DNA from: Propionibacterium freudenreichii subsp. freudenreichii | Lineage (GTDB): Bacteria; Actinomycetota; Actinomycetes; Propionibacteriales; Propionibacteriaceae | Assembly: GCF_000940845.1 (NCBI RefSeq) | Contig: NZ_CP010341.1 | Coordinates: 2,220,001-2,252,000, forward strand | DNA length: 32,000 nt | Reading direction: 5' to 3' | Part shown: positions 1-6,975 of the stretch, one piece after another | Position numbering within the stretch: the first letter of the stretch is position 1 | How the letters are laid out: each line of letters starts with the position of its first letter | Position numbers and translations under genes: made by a program | The notes under the pieces: generated by a model | Told to the model about the DNA's origin: nothing | Seen by the model: only the letters and a program-made list of their open reading frames with translations | The model's database searches: none

Positions 1-1790
1 ATATCGGCCTCCTCGGCCGCAGACGTTCCGGGAAGAATATAATCCGAATAGCGGCATGATGTGGTGTACTGGATATCACAATTGACGATCAGCTCACACT
101 TGGAGTCGTCACGCAGGATCTCGACCGATTTGTTGTTGTCGCCCGTCTGGTTGACGATCGAATTTCCGCCGTACTGCCACACCATCTTGATGGGAACATC
201 GAGCTTGATGTTCGTGGGGTTCCCGTTGTCGTCAACGGGAACCTTCGCCTCACGGGCCATCGACGCCGGCTTCTCGCACACCCCGGCATTGAAGGTGTCC
301 ATCTGCTCGCCGTGGTCGATGGCGTCGAGCCATGCGAACACGGGGATGATCTTCTTCGACGGGTTCGTGGTGCCCTTGTTGAACGGCGTGACGAACGAGA
401 TCGACCGGGCGCTCTCCCGGGCCCCGGTGCCGCCGCCGGAGACACCGATATTGCCAGTGACGGCCGCCAACAGGAAGATCGCCCGGGCGGTGTTCTCGCC
501 GTTGGCCTGGCGCTGCGGGCCCCATCCCTGCGTGATGGCGCATGGTTTGGCCAGGGCGATCTCCCGGGCCAATCGACGGATCTGGTCGGCGGGCACCCCG
601 GTGATCGAGGCCGCCCATTCCGGGGTCTTTTCGACGCCGTCGGCGCCGCGTCCGGCCAGGTATGCCCGATAGGACGCGTTGGCCGGCGCGCCGTCGGGCA
701 TGTGGGCGTCGTCGAATCCGATGCAGTAGGTGTCGAGGAAGCCCTGGTCGTGCAGGTTCTCGGCGACCATCACGTGGATCATGCCGGCCACCAGCGCCGC
801 ATCGGTGCCCGGGCGGATGGGGATCCACTCATCGGCCAGGTCGACGGCGGTCTCGGAATAGCGCGGGTCGATCACGATGGTGCGCACGGCGTGTTCCTTG
901 CGCATCTGCTGGGTGACGAACAACTGTCCCCCGCCCGACATGCGCGTCTCGATCGGGTTGTTGCCGAACAACACCTGCAGGTGCGAGGTGGCCACGTCGT
1001 CGAACGAGTTGCCGTCCACCCACGAGCCGTAGAAATAGGGGTAGGCGGCGGTGATCTCGGTGGTGGAGTAGTCGGAGTAGTGGTCGAGGTAGCCGCCCCA
1101 GGTGTTCATGAGCCGCGCGAATGCCGAGACGTCCGCGTCGCATGACTTGGAGATCGTGGATCCCAGCGTTCCGGTGCCGTAGTTGATGTAGATGGCCTCG
1201 TTGCCGTAGTCGGCCTTGATCTGGGTCATCTTGGCGGCGATCTCGTCGAGCGCCTGGTCCCAGGAGATCTCCTGCCACTGTTCGTCGCCGCGCTTGGTGC
1301 CGGGCTTGCGCTTCAGCGGCTTCTTGAGGCGGTCGGGGTTGTAGATGCGATGGCGGATGGAGCGTCCGCGCACGCAGGCCCGCACGCGTTGGCTGCCGAT
1401 CTGGTCGGTGCCGGTGTTGTCGGGCAGCACCCGCACGACGGTGCCGTCCTTCACCTGCAGGCGCAACGGGCAGCGCGATCCGCAGTTCACCGTGCACGCC
1501 GACCACACGGTGCGATCGGCGTCGGCGATGCCCTCGGTGGCGGCGTGTGCCGTCGAGCCGTGGGGCATCCCCAGGTTGGTGACGGTGCTGGCCAGCGCGG
1601 CGGTTCCCCCGACGGCGGCCGACCACTTGAGGAAGGTGCGCCGGGTGGGCGACGGGTGATGCTGGGTGTGCTGTGGGTCCGCTGTCGTGGTGCCGGCGGC
1701 GGAGCCTGCGCCAGCCATCGAATCAGTGCCAGTCATCGGGTCTGTGCCATCCATTGGGCTTGTGCCATCCATTGGATCAGTGCCAGCCAT
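1..1790 (-). CDS. dmsA: DMSO-reductase-family molybdopterin oxidoreductase, catalytic A subunit (N-terminal ~596 codons; continues past the left edge)
   Basis: Own minus-strand translation; the frame is absent from the ORF track because it has no stop in the window. It shows a twin-arginine signal SPTRRTFLKWSAAVGG, then WSACTVNCGSRCPLRLQVKDGTVVRVLPDNTG, VRACVRGRSIRHRIYNPDRLKKPLKR, LFGNNPIETRMSGGG, IDPRYSETA..DEWIPIRPGTDAAL and QGWGPQRQANGE. These are colinear with E. coli DmsA as I recall it. The start is ambiguous among five in-frame ATGs (1790, 1772, 1754, 1736, 1718); a purine run GGGATGGGGA precedes 1790. Confidence 0.9.
   Translation of the reverse strand, partial: MAGTDPMDGTSPMDGTDPMTGTDSMAGAGSAAGTTTADPQHTQHHPSPTRRTFLKWSAAVGGTAALASTVTNLGMPHGSTAHAATEGIADADRTVWSACTVNCGSRCPLRLQVKDGTVVRVLPDNTGTDQIGSQRVRACVRGRSIRHRIYNPDRLKKPLKRKPGTKRGDEQWQEISWDQALDEIAAKMTQIKADYGNEAIYINYGTGTLGSTISKSCDADVSAFARLMNTWGGYLDHYSDYSTTEITAAYPYFYGSWVDGNSFDDVATSHLQVLFGNNPIETRMSGGGQLFVTQQMRKEHAVRTIVIDPRYSETAVDLADEWIPIRPGTDAALVAGMIHVMVAENLHDQGFLDTYCIGFDDAHMPDGAPANASYRAYLAGRGADGVEKTPEWAASITGVPADQIRRLAREIALAKPCAITQGWGPQRQANGENTARAIFLLAAVTGNIGVSGGGTGARESARSISFVTPFNKGTTNPSKKIIPVFAWLDAIDHGEQMDTFNAGVCEKPASMAREAKVPVDDNGNPTNIKLDVPIKMVWQYGGNSIVNQTGDNNKSVEILRDDSKCELIVNCDIQYTTSCRYSDYILPGTSAAEEAD
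1710..1790 (-). repeat. 18-bp in-frame tandem repeat (about 4.5 copies) at the 5' end of dmsA, each copy carrying an ATG
   Basis: Plus-strand units start at 1710, 1728, 1746, 1764 and 1782 (gccagccatcgaatcagt / gccagtcatcgggtctgt / gccatccattgggcttgt / gccatccattggatcagt / gccagccat). They encode MAGTDP-MDGTSP-MDGTDP-MTGTDS-MAGAGS upstream of the Tat motif. Confidence 0.85.
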
Positions 1791-1851
1791 GAAGTCCCCA
1801 TCCCTCGAGATATGCCGGGTGGCGCGAGGCTATCAGCTGTGAAATTGCTGT

Positions 1852-3063
1852 CTATTGGCGGGGACGGTGGGCGCCGTTATCCGCGCCGGCCGCCCTCGCC
1901 AGAGCGGGTGGCATCGCCGATCCGAAGGCATGGGTGCTGCGGAAATGACAGGTGGGGCAGAGCGTGCCCTGCGACGCCGGGTGGCGCGTGCCGCACCGCG
2001 CGCAGCGGGCGGTGGCGACCCGTGCAATGGCGCGGTGGGGCCGTTCGGCCAGCTGTTCCATCGGAATGTGGGGGACGTCGTCGGTGGCGGATGCGCGTGA
2101 CGGGGTGCGCTTCTGCCGGCTGACGGGACGCTGCGATCCACCATCCATCCGTGATCCGGTCTGCGGCGGCGATGCCTCGTCCCGGGGCGTCTGCGGCGCG
2201 GGGTGCGCGGCCGGTGTGGTCAGGACGCCGGCCGGGCACAGCCGCAGGCATGACATCTCTCCGCGGCACTTTTCGGCCAGGTGGATGAGCAGGGTCGTCC
2301 CATCGTCGTCGCCGTCGGCAAGGCCGAGGGCCCCGTGGGGACAGGACATGACGCACACCCCGCAGGCCACGCAGCCCTCGGCGCGCAGCACGGGGGCCGG
2401 GCTGGGTGTCGGGGCGATGTCGTGCAGCCGGGTCAGGTCGGCCCGGCCCTGTTCGGAGAGCTGGCGCAGTGCATCGTGGACGCGTTCGGGCTCCGCGCGG
2501 GACAGGTCGAGGCGGGCGCGCCCGGCCAGTGCCACGCCCAGCACCATGCGTCGCGGGACCGGCACGTTGCCCAGGCGCAGGGTGCCTGCCGACGGCGCCC
2601 TGCCGGGTGTCCGCAGCGAGGGGCGTCGGAGGTGACGTGGGCGTCGCCGTGGGTGGTCCGGGCCCGGACGGTCCGCAGCAGGGTTCGATGCCGGGTGGCG
2701 GACCTCGACGTCCTTCAGCGCTGCTGGCCAGCGCTGCACCGTCTCGTCCCGGGAAATCTGCTGGTCAGGGAGAATCTGCTCGTCGGAGGGGGCCTGCTCG
2801 TCGGAGGGCTCGTGGCAGCTGCAGGTTTCGATGGCGATGTGCGCCACGCCCATTGCCAGGAGTTGTGCCGGCAGTCCGATGCCGGCCGAGGCCACACCGT
2901 CGGGGACCTGCACCGTCAGGGTGTCCGGGGCGACGGCTGGAACCGGCGCGTCGGCGCAGGTGAGCACCACCTCGTCGGGCAGGTCGTGGGCCGCCAGCCA
3001 CCGCAACAGGGACCGCGTGGCGTCAGCCGGGGTGACGTCGGTGTCCGTGCGGTGGGATGGCAT
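1852..3063 (-). CDS. 4Fe-4S ferredoxin-type domain protein with C-terminal CxxC..CxxC zinc-ribbon; possible accessory or maturation protein of the dms operon
   Basis: ORF 1852..3246. It has a CVACGVCVMSCP (CxxCxxCxxxCP) motif, a degenerate second motif CRGEMSCLRLCP, and a C-terminal CARCG...CPTCH. Third-position GC is very high downstream of ATG 3063 (MPSHRTDTDV...) and visibly lower in 3064-3246, so I prefer 3063 as the start; 3246 remains possible. Confidence 0.6.
   Translation of the reverse strand: MPSHRTDTDVTPADATRSLLRWLAAHDLPDEVVLTCADAPVPAVAPDTLTVQVPDGVASAGIGLPAQLLAMGVAHIAIETCSCHEPSDEQAPSDEQILPDQQISRDETVQRWPAALKDVEVRHPASNPAADRPGPDHPRRRPRHLRRPSLRTPGRAPSAGTLRLGNVPVPRRMVLGVALAGRARLDLSRAEPERVHDALRQLSEQGRADLTRLHDIAPTPSPAPVLRAEGCVACGVCVMSCPHGALGLADGDDDGTTLLIHLAEKCRGEMSCLRLCPAGVLTTPAAHPAPQTPRDEASPPQTGSRMDGGSQRPVSRQKRTPSRASATDDVPHIPMEQLAERPHRAIARVATARCARCGTRHPASQGTLCPTCHFRSTHAFGSAMPPALARAAGADNGAHRPRQ
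2758..2811 (-). repeat. 18-bp in-frame tandem repeat (3 copies) inside the Fe-S protein gene
   Basis: Units are ctgctggtcagggagaat / ctgctcgtcggagggggc / ctgctcgtcggagggctc, encoding EPSDEQ-APSDEQ-ILPDQQ on the minus strand. Confidence 0.8.
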
Positions 3064-3278
3064 GGCCCCATGATGCCGGACGCCCGATCCGGGCCACGAT
3101 GCGCCCCATGGCAACCGCCCGGGCCGGATGGCATCGTGCGGGGTGGTGCATCGCCCGGAACCATCCGCCGGGCGGGTTGTCCAACTGGCGGGGCCATCCC
3201 CCGGGCGAGGCCATCCACCTGGCAGGGTCACCCACCCGGTGGTCATTCATCGCGCCGGCTGCGCACGTTGCCGGGCCG

Positions 3279-4175
3279 CTACGGGCGCTCGAACGGCAGG
3301 TCGAGCAGTTCGGCGTAGCTGTCCAGGGCTCCGATCGAGAGCAGCACGACGCCCTTCATGAAGTGCGTCTGTGCGTGCTGGGTGGCCAGGTCGAGCATCT
3401 GTGGTGCCCAGGCAAGCAGGTGGTCGCGCAGGAAATCGGTGCCGTGCGTCATCAGCTTTTCCGCGCGCGCCGCGTCATCGCCGTAGAGCGCGTCGATCAC
3501 CTGCAGGGTCAGCTGGGCCATGAAGTCGAATTCCAGGCCGATGTGGTCGTCGGGTTCCTGGTTGAGCTTCGGGGCCTGCAGCGACAGCGCCTGGTAGGCG
3601 GCACGCACTTCGAGCGTCGCCTCGCCGAAGACGAGCCCGTCGACGCCCCGGTGCACCGATTCATAGGGCGCCACCCGGGCTGCCGCGGTGTCCCCGTAGA
3701 GCAGGTCGTGGTCGCGTCGAATCTCCTCAGGGGTCTCGCCGGCACGCGCTGATTCCCGGATCTGTTCCATGCCTGCCCCGGTGGCGGCGCGTCCGGCATC
3801 CGTGCCACCGTGCCACCGTGTGCGGGTCGATGCGTCCGCTGTGCCGGCCTCACCGACAGCTGCCGCACCGGCCGGCGCCGGGTTTGAAGGCCCGGGGTTC
3901 GAAGGTCCTGCACTCGAAGACCCCGAGTTGGGAAGCCCGGCACTGGGAAGCCCAGCGTTGGAAGGGCCTGCGTTGGAAGGGCCTGCGTTGGAAGGGCCTG
4001 CGTTGGAAGGGCCTGCGGCAGAATCCTTGCCCTCGGGTTCGAGTGCGGCCAATGGCCAGTCCTCGATGAGGTCGCGGAATCCGCGCAGGGCGGTTTCGTC
4101 GGGGGCCTCGCGGTGCAGCCGCCCCAGGGCGGCGAAGGCCGCCGCCAGCGAATCGAGTGTTGCAGCGTCGAGCAC
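3279..4175 (-). CDS. TorD/DmsD-family redox-enzyme maturation chaperone with an internal low-complexity repeat insert
   Basis: ORF 3279..4187. The C-terminal part (LLYGDTAAARVAPYESVHRG...GEATLEVRAAYQALSLQ...EPDDHIGLEFDFMAQL...FLRDHLLAWAPQML) fits the TorD/DmsD pattern (PYESVY ... PDDHI..EL.FM). GTG 4175 is preceded by GGAGGG; the ORF-track start TTG 4187 has no obvious RBS. It sits in the same operon direction as dmsA. Confidence 0.75.
   Translation of the reverse strand: MLDAATLDSLAAAFAALGRLHREAPDETALRGFRDLIEDWPLAALEPEGKDSAAGPSNAGPSNAGPSNAGPSNAGLPSAGLPNSGSSSAGPSNPGPSNPAPAGAAAVGEAGTADASTRTRWHGGTDAGRAATGAGMEQIRESARAGETPEEIRRDHDLLYGDTAAARVAPYESVHRGVDGLVFGEATLEVRAAYQALSLQAPKLNQEPDDHIGLEFDFMAQLTLQVIDALYGDDAARAEKLMTHGTDFLRDHLLAWAPQMLDLATQHAQTHFMKGVVLLSIGALDSYAELLDLPFERP
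3881..4015 (-). repeat. 15-bp in-frame tandem repeat, 9 units with the last 4 identical (cgttggaagggcctg)
   Basis: Period-15 units begin at 3881, 3896, 3911, 3926, 3941, 3956, 3971, 3986 and 4001. Units 3956-4015 are perfect copies. They encode (GPSNA)4 followed by degenerate GLPSA/GLPNS/GSSSA/GPSNP copies in the chaperone. Confidence 0.9.
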
Positions 4176-4256
4176 GGTGCCCTCCAAGGTCGAAGATTCA
4201 TGCTATCCAAGGCCGTGGAAGGATGACGCACACATCTTCGGCCGATAGGAGAAACC

Positions 4257-4523
4257 GTGGCCCACCACAAGGACGACCCCGAGACGATGGCCCGCATGCG
4301 GACCTGGCTGGCCGCCGTCGCCGGCGAATTGGGCCTTGACGACGGGCTCCCGGCCGAAGCGGAGAAGCCGGTGCTGGACCTCATCTCGCAGGTGGCACAC
4401 GGCCCCTCCCGCCCCGGCGCCCCACTCACCGCCTTCCTGGTGGGCGTGGCAGTCGGTCGCGGTGATTCCCTCGAGGACCAGACGGCGGCCATCAGCAGGC
4501 TCGTGGCCCGTTTCGGGGCCTGA
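4257..4523 (+). CDS. Small DUF6457-like protein (family often found next to molybdenum-cofactor genes in Actinobacteria)
   Basis: GTG start preceded by AGGAGA. The motif VLDLISQVAHGPSRPGAPLTAFLVGVAVGRG resembles the DUF6457 core as I remember it. It is divergent from the torD-like gene. Confidence 0.6.
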   Translation: MAHHKDDPETMARMRTWLAAVAGELGLDDGLPAEAEKPVLDLISQVAHGPSRPGAPLTAFLVGVAVGRGDSLEDQTAAISRLVARFGA

Positions 4524-4548
4524 GCGGCTCCGTCCCGGGCCCCCACCA

Positions 4549-4614
4549 GTTTTCCTTCCGGACCTGCCCGATTCCCCTTCCGGACCTGACCGATTCCCCT
4601 TCCGGACCTGACCC
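4549..4614. repeat. 22-bp intergenic tandem repeat x3, each unit containing the palindrome TCCGGA
   Basis: Units are gttttccttccggacctgcccg / attccccttccggacctgaccg / attccccttccggacctgaccc, at 4549, 4571 and 4593. They lie between convergent genes. Confidence 0.85.
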
Positions 4615-4658
4615 ACTCCCCGTGCCGGCTCCTCCGTCCAGGCCTGATCGTCGTGGCG

Positions 4659-4675
4659 GGTCGGCCTCGCCGACC
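4659..4675. terminator. GC-rich hairpin between convergent genes (candidate bidirectional terminator)
   Basis: ggtcggc-ctc-gccgacc: a 7-bp perfect stem with a 3-nt loop and no U-tract. Confidence 0.4.
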
Positions 4676-4684
4676 GACCGGTGA

Positions 4685-5182
4685 TCAACGCTGCACTTCC
4701 CCTGCCGTGGAGGTCTCCCTGACCTTGCTGGGGGCTCCGGGCAACGAGGGTGTCAGGGGCATCGCGATGGTGACCTCCACGACATATTCGCCGATGCCCC
4801 GGGTGGGGGTGCAGTCGGTGAGCTCGGCACCATTGCTGGTGGCGATGCGACGCGCCTCGGAGCAGGCGTCGCCATTGACCTGCAGCGCGTGGGCCCCGGC
4901 CAGCGATGCCATGTCCGCCGCCGATCGGGCGCGGTGGATGCTGCCCACCCAGCCGGCGAAGACGACCGTCCAGTACGCCACCACACAGGTGACCAGCACG
5001 ATGATGAGGGCGAGCACCGACCCCGATCCGCGCTCGTCGCTGCGCCCCGGGACACGGGGCCCAACCCCATGGCGTTCGACCGGGTGGCGGTGCGCTGTGC
5101 GGCGCGCCCATCGGGCACCTGGCCCGCGAGTCACCAGTGCCCCTCGCCGGTGACCCCCGATCGGGCTCACGGCGCGGCTCAC
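4685..5182 (-). CDS. Rv3654c-family TadE-like protein (helicase/secretion-neighbourhood TadE-like)
   Basis: DERG|SGSVLALIIVLV... followed by HRARSAADMASLAGAHALQVNGDACSEARRIATSNGAELTDC matches the family signature (..A.SAADLAALAGA......C..A..vA..NGA.l..C). The GTG start overlaps the upstream stop (GTGA). Confidence 0.75.
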   Translation of the reverse strand: MSRAVSPIGGHRRGALVTRGPGARWARRTAHRHPVERHGVGPRVPGRSDERGSGSVLALIIVLVTCVVAYWTVVFAGWVGSIHRARSAADMASLAGAHALQVNGDACSEARRIATSNGAELTDCTPTRGIGEYVVEVTIAMPLTPSLPGAPSKVRETSTAGEVQR

Positions 5183-5637
5183 GAGCCGGCCTCCACGCCG
5201 GCCTCCCGGGTCACCCGCGATGAGCCGGAGACGGTGACCGGCCCCACCTTGCCCCAGCTCAACTCGGCCTTCACCGTGACCACCACGTCGGACCCGGAGG
5301 ACCTGATGTCGATCTCGGCGTCCCGGGGAACCCCGGCACGGGCGCGCTGCACGGCAGCCTGGTCGCCCCGGGCCGTCTGCCGGGCGATCTGGGCCGCCGA
5401 ATCACCACAACGGATCTGCACCCCGATGACGGCAACGACCCAGCAGAAGATGCCGGCCAGAAGCGCGACGGACAGGATGCCCACCGCCAGTTCGGCGGTG
5501 ACCATCCCCCGGTCACGCGTACGTCCGAAGCGGGTGCGCCGGACTGCGTCTCCGGGCCGGGGGTTCCGGTGCGGGTATTCGCTTGCCGGGGCCTGCGCTG
5601 CGTGCATCACGGCGCGACGCCCTGCCCTTGTGCCCAT
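5179..5637 (-). CDS. tadE: TadE-family minor pilin-like protein (Rv3655c-like)
   Basis: Prepilin-like DRG|MVTAELAVGILSVALL motif. A strong RBS GAGGAGGAG lies just upstream of ATG 5637. Confidence 0.75.
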   Translation of the reverse strand: MGTRAGRRAVMHAAQAPASEYPHRNPRPGDAVRRTRFGRTRDRGMVTAELAVGILSVALLAGIFCWVVAVIGVQIRCGDSAAQIARQTARGDQAAVQRARAGVPRDAEIDIRSSGSDVVVTVKAELSWGKVGPVTVSGSSRVTREAGVEAGS

Positions 5638-5695
5638 GACTCCTCCTCACCACTGTTGCTGTGCCTGCCAACCTTGCTGTGCCCGGGCTCCTGGT

Positions 5696-5742
5696 GCGGG
5701 GCGGGTGGGATACGGCCCACCGTCGTATCCCACCCGCCCCGC
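5696..5742 (-). terminator. 19-bp perfect-stem hairpin between the flp stop and the tadE RBS (attenuator or stabiliser candidate)
   Basis: gcggggcgggtgggatacg (5696-5714), a 9-nt loop, then cgtatcccacccgccccgc (5724-5742). Confidence 0.6.
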
Positions 5743-5767
5743 CATCACCGAACCAGCCTCGCGTCCA

Positions 5768-6079
5768 TCACTCGATCTTGGCTCCGGCCTTGCCGATCAG
5801 GTCCGTCACGAACTTGAGCATCTTGGAGAAGAATTCGTTGTCGGTGAAGACCCTGAGCAGGCACAGGGCCAGGGCGACCGCTGCCAGGATGCCGACGGCG
5901 TATTCGGCGGTGGCCATGCCCCGCTCCGCCAGGATGAGGCTGCGCCCACGGGCCCGATCGCATGCCAGGGCCAGGCGGCCCTTCGGCTTGAGCGGTGCCG
6001 GGGCGGGCACGGTGTAGAAATTGCCGTCCTGATGGACATCGGGTGTGGCGACCATGGTGGTGGATGACTGGGATGTCAT
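5768..6079 (-). CDS. flp: Flp-type prepilin, DUF4244 family (Rv3656c-like)
   Basis: ERG|MATAEYAVGILAAVALAL carries the G/xTAEY Flp processing motif plus a hydrophobic helix. ATG 6079 lies 7 nt after GAAAGGAA; ATG 6085 (the ORF-track start) is too close to the RBS. Confidence 0.75.
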   Translation of the reverse strand: MTSQSSTTMVATPDVHQDGNFYTVPAPAPLKPKGRLALACDRARGRSLILAERGMATAEYAVGILAAVALALCLLRVFTDNEFFSKMLKFVTDLIGKAGAKIE

Positions 6080-6102
6080 TGCCATTCCTTTCTCGATGTC
6101 AG

Positions 6103-6114
6103 CCGCACGTGCGG
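6103..6114. promoter_or_regulatory. Perfect 12-bp palindrome CCGCACGTGCGG just upstream of flp (candidate operator)
   Basis: Self-complementary 12-mer about 24 nt upstream of the flp start, in the flp/pentapeptide divergent intergenic region. Confidence 0.3.
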
Positions 6115-6237
6115 TGACACCAGGACTGTGTGCGCCCCCGGTGGCAGTTGCTCAGCAGGACAACACCGGCCGCGACAATGCCAACACCTCGCCGGGCGGC
6201 AGGCCGACACCGGCGCCATGCCCGTACCCTTGGCGCG

Positions 6238-6843
6238 GTGACGGCGATTCAAGAGCTCCTGCACCCCGATGGCAATGCACTCAGTGACCAGACCCTCTCC
6301 GGATCGGCACCCGGTGTGCTGATCACCGAGGCCGACCTGCAGGACTGCCACTTCGAGGCCGTGAACCTCGAGGGCGCCACGCTCAAGAGCTCGGCGTTGG
6401 AGGATTGCGACTTCCACGAGTGCAACCTGGCCAACGCGCAGCTGGTGGGCACCGTGTTCACCCGGTGTCGCTTCGTCGACTGCAAGCTCGTGGGGGCCGA
6501 TTGGTCCCGGGCCGGCCTGTCGCTGTTGCCGCCGGTGACGATCACCTTCGAGCGCTGCATCCTCGACTACGCCTCGTTGTCGCGGGTGAACTTCTCGCGT
6601 GCCCGCTTCATTGACTGCTCGATGCGTGACACCGACTTCACCGACGCGAACCTGTCCAAGGCGACCTTGGGCAACTGCGAGCTGACCGGGGCACGCTTCC
6701 ACGGCACGGACCTGCGCCAGGCCGACCTGCGTGGCTCGCGCGGATACTTCTTCGATCCCCGCGACAACCAGACCCGCGGCCTGAAGCTGTCGGCGCTCGA
6801 GGCACCCGGCCTGCTCGCCGCATTCGGCATCCGGGTCGACTGA
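6238..6843 (+). CDS. Pentapeptide-repeat protein (Qnr/MfpA-like DNA-mimic fold family)
   Basis: ORF 6130..6843 with consecutive A(D/N)LxX-type pentapeptides (ADLQDCHFEAVNLEGATLKSSALEDCDFHECNLANAQLVG...TDFTDANLSKATLGNCELTGARFHGTDLRQADLRG). The start is uncertain: GTG 6238 is the first plausible one, and the upstream part of the ORF is Arg/Pro-rich junk. Confidence 0.8.
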   Translation: MTAIQELLHPDGNALSDQTLSGSAPGVLITEADLQDCHFEAVNLEGATLKSSALEDCDFHECNLANAQLVGTVFTRCRFVDCKLVGADWSRAGLSLLPPVTITFERCILDYASLSRVNFSRARFIDCSMRDTDFTDANLSKATLGNCELTGARFHGTDLRQADLRGSRGYFFDPRDNQTRGLKLSALEAPGLLAAFGIRVD

Positions 6844-6885
6844 CCGGGACACGGGCCCGCGTCGGGCCCGCAGCGAAGCCACAGC

Positions 6886-6915
6886 CCGCTCCCACTTCAG
6901 CCGCTCCCACTTCAG
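6886..6915. repeat. Perfect 15-bp tandem duplication (ccgctcccacttcag x2) in a convergent intergenic region
   Basis: Identical units at 6886-6900 and 6901-6915. Confidence 0.8.
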
Positions 6916-6975
6916 CGACGCCACGGCCCGCTGCCACCGGGCTGTCCCGCCGCGCGGGGACGCGGCGTCGTCGGT

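Noticed and set aside
312-1659. Track ORFs 312..1145, 829..1626, 1345..1659 and others inside 1-1790
   Set aside because: These are wrong frames or strands of dmsA. The true frame is not listed because it has no stop codon inside the window.
3064-3246. N-terminal extension MTTGWVTLPGGWPRPG... of the Fe-S protein
   Set aside because: Third-position GC is noticeably lower than in the downstream part and the sequence is Trp/Gly/Pro-rich. I kept it only as an alternative start.
3885-3905. GGGGTTCGAAGG resembling a tRNA T-loop
   Set aside because: It is part of the 15-bp repeat inside the chaperone gene, and no acceptor or anticodon stems can be drawn. No tRNA was found anywhere in the window.
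1791-4256. Moco riboswitch in the dms operon leaders
   Set aside because: The leaders at 1791-1851 and 4176-4256 are too short, and the 215-bp spacer lacks the conserved Moco-motif blocks that I can recall. It is not supported without a cmscan.
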